Below are positions 1 through 9,193 of a stretch of 64,000 nucleotides of DNA, in pieces; positions within the stretch are counted from its first letter, which is position 1, and every line of letters starts with the position of its first letter. Position numbers and translations under genes: made by a program. Under the pieces are notes generated by a model. It had not been told where the DNA came from. It saw nothing but the letters and a program-made list of their open reading frames with translations, and ran no database searches. This DNA is from Oligoflexia bacterium (lineage in GTDB: Bacteria > Bdellovibrionota > UBA1018), in the NCBI GenBank assembly GCA_963758495.1, contig CAVWVI010000003.1, positions 320,001-384,000 on the forward strand. Reading direction: 5' to 3'.

Positions 1-2207
1 TTAGATCTTGCGGCACATCCACATGATGTTCGTGACCTGCTGGCCAGCTTAGACGCAAGTACCTTAGTTTCTTGTCCACAGTCACATAGACACCGCCAAA
101 TGTAACCTTTTGATGTTTTGCCAATTATCTTAACTGCCACTAATCTCCCGAATCTGACGCCGGCCAAGCGTAAAGATCTATCCCCTCTAGGAAATTGATT
201 GGAATATTCTTTCGCAAATTCCGCTCTATATTGTTTTTTCTTGGGGCTTAAATAGGTCGTTAATACTATTGCTAGACGGGATTCATCCAAGTTTTCGCTG
301 TTATGTCGTGGACGCCGCCCATATTTCTTAGAGAAATACCAAATACTTCTTATGTTCTCTTCTACTGTATTCTTCCCATGTCCTACTTTTCTTACCCATT
401 TTGCGAATTTTGGATCAAACATGGGACTTTTCGCGTTTGAATATCGCGAAACCGCCTCTGCAAGTTTCTTTTCGGAATTGGGAATTCTTTTTGGAAGCCT
501 ATGGTGAATTCTGTAGAAGTCTCGAATTTCTCGCTTAGCTCGTCTTGGATCTGGTTTAGGACAACAAACCGGACATGGCTTGTGGGGTTCTCGAGAATTT
601 GGGCTAGCATAGAACTCATGACTAAGTTTACATATCCACCAATATTTCTTTCCGGAGCTTGGCAGGACATCTGTAGGCAGAACATCCTTATTCTTCTTGT
701 AATGCCACTCTTCGGCTATTTTGGGATGAATAATTTTCAAATTGTATTCAGTACTAGGTCGGCGCTTCTCACAAAATGGACAGTTGTGGCTTTTTGACCT
801 TGAGTTGGGACTCTGCTGCCACTCATGACCCTTAACGCATTTCCACCAATATTTTTTGCCCGTGCTCGGAAAAACATCTGCCGGATTTAACCTCCCGTTT
901 TTCTCAGAATGCCATTGTTTAGCCAATTTTGGAAAAACTGCTGCCAAAGAGTATGCCTCAGTAATTCGCCGTCTTGAGCAAAAAGGACACTTTGGATTTC
1001 TAACTCTTTGGTTGGGGCTTGAAAACCAAATATGATCTTTGTTTTCACTACACTTCCACCAAAACTTTTTATTTGACCGCGCGACAACTTGATCTGGTGT
1101 AACAGCGCAATTCCTAATTTGATACCATTCCTCCGATAAATTCGGAGCCAGTACTTTCAGATTGTTTTGTGGAGAAGGTCGCTTCCCAGCACAATACGGG
1201 CACCCGTTAACTCTTCTTTCTGAAGGTGATGCCTCCCACTCGTGGCCAATTTTGCACTGCCACCACACGCCCACGTTAGATCCAACACTCAATTGATTTG
1301 GAGTAAGAGGTAAATTTTTGTCAATAACCCATTCTTTGACAAGATTTGGGGCTGCCTCCTTTAGACTTCTGCCCAAAGTCGGATTCGAAATATTCTGAAC
1401 TAAATCAAGGAATCTCTTGGGACTTTGGAACTCAGAGTAGGTGAAATAGGCTTTGATCTTGGAGCTTGGAGCAATTTTTGAAACTGCACGCAAGGTCCTT
1501 TTGACCAAGTCAATATCTGGCTTGGTCTCTTGACGTTTGGTCATTAGCACGTCATGTCTTCCAATAGCTTTAAGCCCCTGCCCCCGAATACGAAGCAACT
1601 TAATGCAGAGTTTTTCCAACATTGAATTTTTTGAGCTATCTTGGTCATATCTGTCTCGATGGAAAAAATTTCCATCGATTTCGATTCCAAGGTTTATTTC
1701 TGGAATAAACAGATCACACTCAATATTTCCAAATCGTTTCCGGTGTTCGACTTTATCAAAGACCGTCTCCAGTTCAGCCAATAGTCTTAGTTCTACTATG
1801 GAAGTTTGGTTTCTACATACCGGGCATCCTCTCCCCACAGTGCGATCAGCAATCCTTGCTCTATAAGAGTGCCCCTTAGGACAATTCCACCATACAGCTC
1901 GTCCGCTTCGTTTCGTCACAGCTCCCGGTATCAATCCTTCGTTTTTTCTTTGGTCCCATTCTTTAGCCAACTCAGGAAAATTGATTTCAAACGAGTTTTC
2001 TTGGGTAACATCTTTTCCGGCACATCCAGCACACCAATATCCGCTGAAGAGATTATTAGCATTCATCGCAAAATGGTGCCCGTATTCACACCTGAATGAC
2101 AATTTAATATGCGCGTTTTGGTAGGTTTCGCTCAAACAGCGACCACCTTTTTTTTCGGATTCCGTCCTGATCACATCAAGCCATTTTTCTTTCGAATACC
2201 TTCTCAT
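1..2207 (-). CDS. Multi zinc-ribbon protein (DUF4379-like repeats) with an internal PD-(D/E)XK/Vsr-like nuclease domain; runs off the left edge (>735 aa)
   Basis: Hand translation from ATG at 2207 (MRRYSKEKW...) stays open to position 1, which explains its absence from the ORF track. Six Zn-ribbon units (e.g. WWNCPKGHSY..GCPVC, WWQCKIGHEW..GCPYC, WWKCVKGHEW..NCPFC), nuclease motif IECDLFIPEINLGIEIDGNFFH, C-terminal RFGRLVAV..WRCLCDCG..SCGC. Confidence 0.8.
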   Translation of the reverse strand, partial: MRRYSKEKWLDVIRTESEKKGGRCLSETYQNAHIKLSFRCEYGHHFAMNANNLFSGYWCAGCAGKDVTQENSFEINFPELAKEWDQRKNEGLIPGAVTKRSGRAVWWNCPKGHSYRARIADRTVGRGCPVCRNQTSIVELRLLAELETVFDKVEHRKRFGNIECDLFIPEINLGIEIDGNFFHRDRYDQDSSKNSMLEKLCIKLLRIRGQGLKAIGRHDVLMTKRQETKPDIDLVKRTLRAVSKIAPSSKIKAYFTYSEFQSPKRFLDLVQNISNPTLGRSLKEAAPNLVKEWVIDKNLPLTPNQLSVGSNVGVWWQCKIGHEWEASPSERRVNGCPYCAGKRPSPQNNLKVLAPNLSEEWYQIRNCAVTPDQVVARSNKKFWWKCSENKDHIWFSSPNQRVRNPKCPFCSRRRITEAYSLAAVFPKLAKQWHSEKNGRLNPADVFPSTGKKYWWKCVKGHEWQQSPNSRSKSHNCPFCEKRRPSTEYNLKIIHPKIAEEWHYKKNKDVLPTDVLPSSGKKYWWICKLSHEFYASPNSREPHKPCPVCCPKPDPRRAKREIRDFYRIHHRLPKRIPNSEKKLAEAVSRYSNAKSPMFDPKFAKWVRKVGHGKNTVEENIRSIWYFSKKYGRRPRHNSENLDESRLAIVLTTYLSPKKKQYRAEFAKEYSNQFPRGDRSLRLAGVRFGRLVAVKIIGKTSKGYIWRCLCDCGQETKVLASKLASRSRTSCGCAARS

Positions 2208-2283
2208 CCGCCGTCCGCCTAATTAAATAGAAGTCTATCACCTTCAATATCACGAAGCTAAGGTCTGCGATGTTACATAAACT

Positions 2284-3207
2284 CTAATTAGAAACTTGTT
2301 CCCATTTGCCATTTACACATCGACCGATATGATATCCAATTTTTGCAATAGGGGGCATACCGCAGTTAAGAACTTCACTCCCACTCGGCATCTGCAAAGT
2401 AGGCTGTGAAAACATGGGGGTCACATCGACATGACCGGCTGGTTCCCGTCGAACATTGAATGCTCCTTGGAATTTTTCTCCAGCCTTTTGCATTTGTGAA
2501 AGAAACTTCTCATTAGCTTCCCCTTGAGCTCTTTGGAGATCTCGAAAGCGATCATATTCAACTTGTTCTCTTTGCAATCTTAGCTGCTGCTCTCCGTAAT
2601 CACGTTCTGCCTTTGCTGTTTTAATGGTCTCCTCATAGACAATGTCTTCACGAATTCTGCGCATGAGTGAGCAAGCATTCTGATTATCGAGATCACAACC
2701 GTGCCTTGCAAGTTGTTCACCTACTACCTTATCTGACGTCATCCTAGCAGCCTTAATACATCCGTTAGAAATCCCTTTATCGCAAGCTACAGAATATGCA
2801 TTTAAAACTCGAACATCAGCCCTATCTGTCGCAAAAAGCGATTCAGCAAACGAATAGCAGTCTTTTCCAACACCCTTTATACATCCAAGTTCAGCTTTTT
2901 CCATTTTTCCTGGTCGACCGTAACGTTGGCAAGCAATCAAGTCGCCGGTTTTGCAGGCAGACCAGATTTCAGCTTTGGACAGCTTTGAAGCACAGGAATC
3001 ATCAGCCATGCACTTTGTCTGTGATAAGGCACCAATCTCTCTGTCTTTTCTGAGCCGCTCCAAATCTGCGCAAGCAGCCTTCTCTCCCCTTTCGCACCTG
3101 CTCATTAGGTTGACTTCAGCGTCGATACTAAAAGAAGCCGGCATAGCCTCGTGCGAACCTGCCAAAACAAATAGAAAGGCACTTAGCAAGAACTTATAAT
3201 TGCTCAT
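2284..3207 (-). CDS. Secreted Cys-rich protein with Sel1/Hcp-like repeats
   Basis: Signal peptide; repeated C-x2-G-x4-C units (CERGEKAAC, CKTGDLIAC, CIKGVGKDC, CDKGISNGC); coiled-coil C-terminal half. Confidence 0.6.
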   Translation of the reverse strand: MSNYKFLLSAFLFVLAGSHEAMPASFSIDAEVNLMSRCERGEKAACADLERLRKDREIGALSQTKCMADDSCASKLSKAEIWSACKTGDLIACQRYGRPGKMEKAELGCIKGVGKDCYSFAESLFATDRADVRVLNAYSVACDKGISNGCIKAARMTSDKVVGEQLARHGCDLDNQNACSLMRRIREDIVYEETIKTAKAERDYGEQQLRLQREQVEYDRFRDLQRAQGEANEKFLSQMQKAGEKFQGAFNVRREPAGHVDVTPMFSQPTLQMPSGSEVLNCGMPPIAKIGYHIGRCVNGKWEQVSN

Positions 3208-3370
3208 TAAATTAAGTATATTATACGGAAACTAGCGCAATAATGTGTCAGGAAAAACATAGCTTGAGATTTAACCAGAACACCCTGTCCTAACTGTTAT
3301 TACTCAAATTGACAAAATCCGGAATGTACCAATTTTCAGACACACTCCGGATTTTTTCAGACCCTATTTT

Positions 3371-4150
3371 TCAAATAACTCGCCCTTTCAGACGGAACCT
3401 CCTACCCAAATCCTGCAAGAAAAGTAGATTCGAAACCATGACCAGTACCCGAAAGACAACCAAAGTAAAAAGAGTATTCCAAATTACTGAAACACTCGGA
3501 GACTGACCTAACACATCGCGCGATCGTTCCAACTTCTGTCTGAAATCACTCAGACTCTGATCGACTTTCATACCAAGAGTAATTCGATTCACACTAAGGT
3601 AGGTATCTCGAACGTCAGTTTTTTTAGAAATCTCATCTTCAAGTTCTGAAACAATTTTTCTATTTTGCTCAAACTGCATTCTTTGGTGCAGGGCCTTCTG
3701 AATCACACCCCCAGAAACAACCCATATACTATAGGAATAGATTAGGACTACCATGAGTCGGTACAGGAACCGACTCATGGCTGTGTGACCTTTCAACAAA
3801 GAAAACGCTAGAACAGCTCCTTCCAAGATAAACGCCTTGAGATAAGCCGATCCAGAGCTGCCATCAAATTCGGAATAAAACCTAGCAGTCTCTGAAAACA
3901 GAAATCCTGTAATAAGGCCAACTAACAACAACAAGGGAGCTAAACTCCAGGGAATCATCCACTTCCTACGTTTCTCTCTATTTTGCTTTGGCGGCAATTT
4001 ACTACCCGCGTCTGTAGTTTCGAACAGAGAAATAACATTCATTGCAGCCTTGCCCTTAGCTCTATACCTAGTCTTCGCCTTGCTCAAAATCACTTCCTTG
4101 TTCTTCAAATAGTGTTCCCTATTGTATTTTTTCTTTTCAAGATCAGTCAT
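3371..4150 (-). CDS. Hypothetical multi-pass membrane protein with basic N-terminus and coiled coil
   Basis: 259 aa ORF with SD (aagggggt) just downstream of the rep-like gene; about 4 hydrophobic segments. Confidence 0.6.
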   Translation of the reverse strand: MTDLEKKKYNREHYLKNKEVILSKAKTRYRAKGKAAMNVISLFETTDAGSKLPPKQNREKRRKWMIPWSLAPLLLLVGLITGFLFSETARFYSEFDGSSGSAYLKAFILEGAVLAFSLLKGHTAMSRFLYRLMVVLIYSYSIWVVSGGVIQKALHQRMQFEQNRKIVSELEDEISKKTDVRDTYLSVNRITLGMKVDQSLSDFRQKLERSRDVLGQSPSVSVIWNTLFTLVVFRVLVMVSNLLFLQDLGRRFRLKGRVI

Positions 4151-4164
4151 GACCTACCCCCTTT

Positions 4165-5664
4165 CTACGCAATCTCTTCCGTGACTTGCCGCTGTACTCC
4201 CGACACTCTTTCGCCAGATACCACCTTGCGAAAATGCGAGATCACACAGCTTCTAACAATTGGGCTATTCCACCCAGATTTACGCCAGAATCCACGGACG
4301 TAGTCATTCCCGTCCACTTCCACGGCCTCTTCAACAAAGGCATTGATCTCAGCCTCAGAAGTATAGAAAGCCAGAAACCGATCAGCATCCGCATTCATGT
4401 CGTTTTGCCACTGAGCTTCTTCCTGTTCTTGCTGAATCCTCGCCTTTTCCTTCTGTGCCTGGTCAGCCTTAGCCTTTGCCTCCTTCTCAACCTTCTGTGC
4501 ATGAGCTTCATTCAGGGCTATCTCCTTGGCTTTCCAATTTTGATAGCGGGTAATATTCAGCTTCCAGTGGTTCCGAATCCACACCATCGGGCTATGAATC
4601 TTCCCCTCCTCCCCTTCTTTTCCTGATCCATGCTTTTCAAGGAACTCAACGACGCCACCGCAATTCTCGAACACCTCTGCTCCATGAAATAAAAAAAGTT
4701 CTTCAAAAATCTCTCTCTCGTTTTTTGCCTTTGACCCATATCCAGCTTTTTCAAAGCTCACCCATCTCTGCACTAAATCCTCTGGAAAACTTCCGCTGCC
4801 GAGAGAAGATTCTTTCTTAGATTCTTGAAGAAGATTCTTGGCAGCTGAAATTCCTTTAGGATTTTCAGCACTTTGACCAGATTGCCCCCGGGTCGTTTGC
4901 CCTCCACTTTCTCCGGGTAAATTACCCTGTTTAACACCAGGCGCATTACCAGCAGGATAGTTACCTCCCGGTAAATTGCCCGGAGGTTGTTCCCCTCGTC
5001 CTTTCAAAGAAAAGTAATGAGGATTCAACGCCCAGAAATTAATCAGTCCTGTCTTAATTTTTAGTAGTGCGCCTCTATTCACCAAAGCGTTGAGAGCAAG
5101 CCTAATATTGGATTCGTCCATTCCTGTATCAGTCCTGAAATCTTCAGCTGAGATAGGAGCGAAGGCGACAGGGTTCACTAGTGCGATTGTACGATCAAAG
5201 ACCGTCATGATGAGAGCAACGTCAACCAACTTCAGTCCGTGACGCCCAGGAGACTTCAGCTGCCTGGTAATTCCGTGAGCTTGCTTGCCCCATCCATCCG
5301 CAAGATGGAGCTTGAGCAATGTCTCTTGAACTGCTGAAGACAAACTATGGTTCCCGTCCAATGCAGCTTGAACCATTCTTTCTCGCTTCTTTTTACCCTT
5401 CGCACCGTATACGCGTTCTGGCGCAGAGCTACTTTGTAAATCACCCTCATATAAATTACCCGCAGGCTCTTTACCTCCGGGTTGTGAACTCATGGGTTCC
5501 ATACCCGTAGGTATTTGTCCCCCTGGTTCATTACCTCCGGGCAAATTACCCGGAGGTTGTTCTCCTTCTAGCAATGGTGAGTAGTTTTGAAATTTCTGAA
5601 CTGATCTTGGCTTGCTCGGTTCAATTGCGCCAATCGCGGTTTGAAGGAATGACTTCTTACTCAT
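4165..5664 (-). CDS. Putative replication initiator / winged-helix DNA-binding protein
   Basis: wHTH-like segment ISAEDFRTDTGMDESNIRLALNALVNRGALLK; flanked by two GNxPG repeat blocks; start overlaps the parA stop by 8 bp. Confidence 0.5.
   Translation of the reverse strand: MSKKSFLQTAIGAIEPSKPRSVQKFQNYSPLLEGEQPPGNLPGGNEPGGQIPTGMEPMSSQPGGKEPAGNLYEGDLQSSSAPERVYGAKGKKKRERMVQAALDGNHSLSSAVQETLLKLHLADGWGKQAHGITRQLKSPGRHGLKLVDVALIMTVFDRTIALVNPVAFAPISAEDFRTDTGMDESNIRLALNALVNRGALLKIKTGLINFWALNPHYFSLKGRGEQPPGNLPGGNYPAGNAPGVKQGNLPGESGGQTTRGQSGQSAENPKGISAAKNLLQESKKESSLGSGSFPEDLVQRWVSFEKAGYGSKAKNEREIFEELFLFHGAEVFENCGGVVEFLEKHGSGKEGEEGKIHSPMVWIRNHWKLNITRYQNWKAKEIALNEAHAQKVEKEAKAKADQAQKEKARIQQEQEEAQWQNDMNADADRFLAFYTSEAEINAFVEEAVEVDGNDYVRGFWRKSGWNSPIVRSCVISHFRKVVSGERVSGVQRQVTEEIA
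4885..4995. repeat. Intragenic array of ~15-bp-period GG(T)-N5-(A)CC quasi-palindromes (iteron-like), block 2
   Basis: Minus strand: GGG-GAACA-ACC, GGC-AATTT-ACC, GGT-AACTA-TCC, GGT-AATGC-GCC, GGT-AATTT-ACC. Confidence 0.65.
5451..5565. repeat. Intragenic array of 15-bp-period GG(T)-N5-(A)CC quasi-palindromes (iteron-like), block 1
   Basis: Minus strand: GGA-GAACA-ACC, GGT-AATTT-GCC, GGT-AATGA-ACC, GGA-CAAAT-ACC, GGT-ATGGA-ACC, AGT-TCACA-ACC, GGT-AAAGA-GCC. Confidence 0.65.
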
Positions 5665-6505
5665 GACTCACCCCCTGAGAAGCGCCTTTATTCCCAGAAG
5701 AAAGGGTATGAACTTCTGCCAAGGGCGACTTCATGTTCAAACGCTGTAAAACCTCATCAGCAAGCCTGAGATAGTCTTCTGCACCAGAACTCTGTGGAGC
5801 GTGATGAAAGATCGTACGACCTAATGCAGGGGCCTCTCGGAGCTTTACAGAGCGACGAATCTTAGTCTCAAAGACCTGATCTCCGAAATTCTCAACTAAG
5901 TTATCCAGAATATCGCTGCTAATCCGAGTCGAATCGCAGAGAGTCAGAAGATAGCCCAGGATTTGTAATTTCGGATTCGTAGCGTTCCGAATTTCTTCAA
6001 TTTCTCCAAGGAGTGACTTAATTCCCTGCAGTGCGAAGACGCCTGAATCCACAGGGATAATCAGGTAATCAGCTGCATTAAGAACAGAATTGAGGAGCGG
6101 TCCAAAGGTTGGAGCCGTGTCTATTAAGATCAACCCATACTTTTCTTTGAGTCGTTCTATTCTTTGAGCGAACCTCATCTCGCTATTAGTCATTCCGATC
6201 ATTTCTCGTTCAACCTGAGCCAGCAAGGGTGTTGCCGGAATGATATCGATGCCATCCTCGCCGCAATAGGTTGCAAGATCTACCTGTAAGCCGCGGTTGC
6301 GAATCAGGTCACCGACCGAATACTTCACTGCATCCACATTGATTGCTGACGCTTGAGTGGTGTTTGCTTGGGGGTCAAAATCAATCGTCAGGTGCCGAAA
6401 GTTTCGGCTACCCCTCATCCGCAATGCCTGAGCAAGATTAACTGTCGTTGTGGTTTTTCCTACGCCGCCTTTTTGATTCGCAATTGCGATCACTGGACAT
6501 TTCAT
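5657..6505 (-). CDS. parA: ParA/Soj-family ATPase
   Basis: Deviant Walker A NQKGGVGKTTT, DFDPQAN, ILIDTAP, IRRSVKLREAP. Confidence 0.92.
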   Translation of the reverse strand: MKCPVIAIANQKGGVGKTTTTVNLAQALRMRGSRNFRHLTIDFDPQANTTQASAINVDAVKYSVGDLIRNRGLQVDLATYCGEDGIDIIPATPLLAQVEREMIGMTNSEMRFAQRIERLKEKYGLILIDTAPTFGPLLNSVLNAADYLIIPVDSGVFALQGIKSLLGEIEEIRNATNPKLQILGYLLTLCDSTRISSDILDNLVENFGDQVFETKIRRSVKLREAPALGRTIFHHAPQSSGAEDYLRLADEVLQRLNMKSPLAEVHTLSSGNKGASQGVSHE

Positions 6506-6666
6506 TTTTATTCCTCAAAGTAGGTTGACAGCACCGGGTCTCTTACCTAACAATGAGAAAAGAGAACGGCGGTGCAGGCACTCAAAGTTAAGTGCCGCTG
6601 GTTTTCGGTTAGAAATCAGTGACGGTGATCTGAAATTTCTGCCACTGATCCAGGGATCAAAAGATT

Positions 6667-6696
6667 AAAGCTCGAGGCGCCTACCTCGGGCTTTTT
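6667..6696 (+). terminator. Intrinsic terminator-like hairpin
   Basis: aaagctcgagg-cgccta-cctcgggc followed by ttttt. Confidence 0.65.
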
Positions 6697-6917
6697 CATT
6701 TATGGAGGGTCCATGTCATCCCCCCTAAGAATGTCCGCTTGATGAGTTGTTTCGTTACTCAAATTAGTCTGCGGGGCATATGCGGGACATGCTGCCGCGA
6801 CAATGTCCAAAATCATTTGGAAATTTGTAGCCAGTTTCGACAAGATTGAAGGTAGAAGATTGGGGTCGATTTGGGTGAAAAGTGAGTAATTACAAGAAGT
6901 TAATACTAACTCAGGCA

Positions 6918-6967
6918 ACCGCCCTTTCACGGCGGTAACCGGGGTTCGAATCCCCGTGGGGACGCCA
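6918..6967 (+). other. 3' half of tRNA-Glu(TTC): att-site duplication, not a complete tRNA
   Basis: accgccc-TTTCAC-ggcggtaaccggggttcgaatccccgtggggacgcca has anticodon arm, T arm (GTTCGAATC) and CCA end, but the upstream sequence offers no D arm or 5' acceptor strand. Confidence 0.88.
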
Positions 6968-7003
6968 TTTTATAATGATGATTGTTTAAGTTTTGAAACT
7001 GAT

Positions 7004-7030
7004 AACCCCGCGATAATAAGCGGGGTTTTT
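7004..7030 (+). terminator. Intrinsic terminator downstream of the tRNA fragment
   Basis: aaccccgc-gataataa-gcggggtt-ttt. Confidence 0.8.
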
Positions 7031-7097
7031 CATTTGTGGGAACGCAAGTTCAGCTTGCGTTTGGAAAGCAGGAGTTTCGTTTGGGATAGGAGAAAGA

Positions 7098-7463
7098 TTA
7101 GAGTTTTGAGGAATTTTCGGACTGGTAATGCTGACGTGGGAGCCAGGTATAGTGGAACGAAAATGAGGGTGACCAACCGAGCTGGCTAAGGATCGACGCA
7201 TCGTCGCCACGGACATGAATATGACCGCAAGTTTGTTTGAGCACTCGAGATGGGATTGATTTACCGGTAGCAGCTTGGGTAGCTAATTTTACGAGCTTAC
7301 GGATATATTCAGAACTCAGATTACGATTGTGCTCACATTGGGGATCTAGGAATAGCGGTGTTTTTGGGAAGCTCGCTTTGGGCTGGATTTTTGTATATCG
7401 ACTTTGCCAGTGCTCAATAAACCGCCTGTAAGAAAGCAAGCGATTTTTGATACACATCTCCAA
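7098..7463 (-). pseudogene. Possible degenerate tyrosine-recombinase C-terminal fragment
   Basis: PLFL..RNLSSEYIRKLVKLAT..GKSIPSRVLKQTCG..LSQLGW..FHYT resembles box II spacing but has no intact HxxR; next to the att site. Confidence 0.3.
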
Positions 7464-7514
7464 TCACCTTTGTTGATATTTTAATGATCAACGCTGGCAT
7501 CCCTGGACTCCGCA

Positions 7515-7610
7515 CTAGCTCAGAATCTGATCCGTAAGTGAAATCGACGCAAATACGATCTTCAATAGAGGGACCACTTTTTTATGATTGCTTTTCAATT
7601 GTCTAAATAG
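7515..7610 (-). pseudogene. Downstream piece of a split PIN-domain gene
   Basis: Joining at the shared TCTA to 12755-12802 gives in-frame MEIVVADSNVFVALYLFRQLKSNHKKVVPLLKIVFASISLTDQILS*, with TAG where the PIN Glu is expected. Confidence 0.5.
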
Positions 7611-7879
7611 AAAGTCCGTTTAAACACGCCTTCATTCGCCTGTTTGGGCCTCATTGCTGAACCGCGGATAGTATTGTTCGGCTTCAGGTCCAGAGTAACG
7701 GTTTTTAGGGCACCCTTAAAAGTGCCCCGTTACTCTGGACTCGTCGCCTGTGAAAAAATCGTCGACCGAACAATACGTATTTTTGAATACAGCCCGTGCC
7801 ACGTAGGTAGGTGGGACATCTTGCGACGCCCACCCCCATTAGAACTGTGCATGCTCTATTAAAGCACACAGCTCCCTCA

Positions 7880-9193
7880 CTAACACCGGACGGACTCCGG
7901 TTGTATCCTCGAGCTAAAGAACAGATTTCGCATACGAGGGTTTTCGGGAAATCGCACTTTTTCTAAGACTTTAGAGAATCTTACCCAATCAAAACTCCGT
8001 TTCTGACTTCGTCGATTTAGGTATTTGAAAAGCAATTTCTTCACTTCATGAATGAACTGATTGACTCGCTTCTCATTATCATTGATCGCAAAGTAGTTGA
8101 TGTACCCTTCTGTCACCGATTTCATTCGAGGAAGAAGGTTCTTATCGTGACGGTGATTTTGAATATGGCTTTTGAGTTCTCCTATTTTCTTGCGAAAACG
8201 CTTGGGACACGTGCGCCGTTTCACACGCCAGAACCTCTTGCTATCCTTCTTCCTAATTGAGATACCCCAAACATGAAGAAATCCCAAAAAGGTGAAGGTT
8301 GGCATTTCGGAACCTTTCAGAGCATAGCTGGCTGCGGTTCTTTGTCCGCATGCCACAATTTTAGTCTTCTCCTCATTGAGACTAATTCCAAATTTATTTA
8401 ACCTTTCTGTGAGTGATTTGAGAAATGTCTCTGCATCCACGAGGCTTTCGAAGGTGAAAACCGCATCGTCCGCGTAACGCACTATGCGTACTGTTCCTCG
8501 GTAAGACTTCTCGTTGATCCAGCAGAACCACATATCTATCACATAATGAAGGTATAAATTTGAGACCAGAGGTGAAAGAATTGAGCCCTGTGGAGAGCCT
8601 AATTCATTTCGCACTGGTATTCCTTTCTCATTCAAGGTGGGAGCTTTGAGTAGTTTCATAACTAATCTCAAGAACCTTTCGTCCGTTATCTTCATTTTGA
8701 GAAAACGAAGTAGTGGTTCGTGAGGGATTGTGTTGAAGTATTTTCGCAAATCAATGTCCAGTGCTGCAGCACATTTCCATCGCATCAGGTGCTCATTTAA
8801 GGCAATTAATGCCGTGTCACATCCCCTCTTGGGTCTGAATCCGTGGGAGCAATTCAGGAACCATGGTTCATATATTCTCTCAAGAATTCTTCGTACAGCT
8901 TCTTGCACAATTTTGTCTTCAAAACAAGCTATGGCAAGAGGTCTGGTACTCCCGTCAGCTTTCGGAATCTCTCGAATCCTAGAGGCTTGAGGATGATAAC
9001 TCCCTCTGCGAATTTTAGTTAGAAGACCTGTCAAATTCCCATTGAGATTCTTTCCGTATTCCTCCTTTGTTATTCCATCTATTCCCACAGCTTTGTTTCC
9101 ATCAAGGCTGTGATAACATTCGCGTAGGACTTCAAGATTAATAATATGTCCAAGGTTATTGAACACCGCCTTTCTATCCTTTCTTTTACCCAT
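7880..9193 (-). CDS. ltrA: Group II intron reverse transcriptase/maturase (native N-terminus displaced to 10725-10809 by IS insertion)
   Basis: KAVGIDG, IPKADGSTRPLAI, SHGFRP, DIDLRKYFNTI, GSPQGSILSPLVSNLYL, RYADD, FTFLGF; the first five residues MGKRK come from the IS inverted repeat. Confidence 0.92.
   Translation of the reverse strand: MGKRKDRKAVFNNLGHIINLEVLRECYHSLDGNKAVGIDGITKEEYGKNLNGNLTGLLTKIRRGSYHPQASRIREIPKADGSTRPLAIACFEDKIVQEAVRRILERIYEPWFLNCSHGFRPKRGCDTALIALNEHLMRWKCAAALDIDLRKYFNTIPHEPLLRFLKMKITDERFLRLVMKLLKAPTLNEKGIPVRNELGSPQGSILSPLVSNLYLHYVIDMWFCWINEKSYRGTVRIVRYADDAVFTFESLVDAETFLKSLTERLNKFGISLNEEKTKIVACGQRTAASYALKGSEMPTFTFLGFLHVWGISIRKKDSKRFWRVKRRTCPKRFRKKIGELKSHIQNHRHDKNLLPRMKSVTEGYINYFAINDNEKRVNQFIHEVKKLLFKYLNRRSQKRSFDWVRFSKVLEKVRFPENPRMRNLFFSSRIQPESVRC

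Larger units (their letters stand above)
1..6967. mobile_element. Right part of an integrated plasmid/phage-like element inserted at a tRNA-Glu gene
   Basis: Ends at a duplicated tRNA-Glu 3' half; carries parA and a replication-like gene; left end and integrase lie outside the window. Confidence 0.7.

Noticed and set aside
392..2099. Short ORFs listed at 392-2099
   Set aside because: Shadow frames of the long minus-strand zinc-ribbon gene
6918..6967. Functional tRNA-Glu gene
   Set aside because: 5' acceptor strand and D arm are missing
7880..9193. Retron or defence-associated RT
   Set aside because: RT0 region, YADD, maturase domain and adjoining DV/DVI and GTGCG ends identify a group II intron
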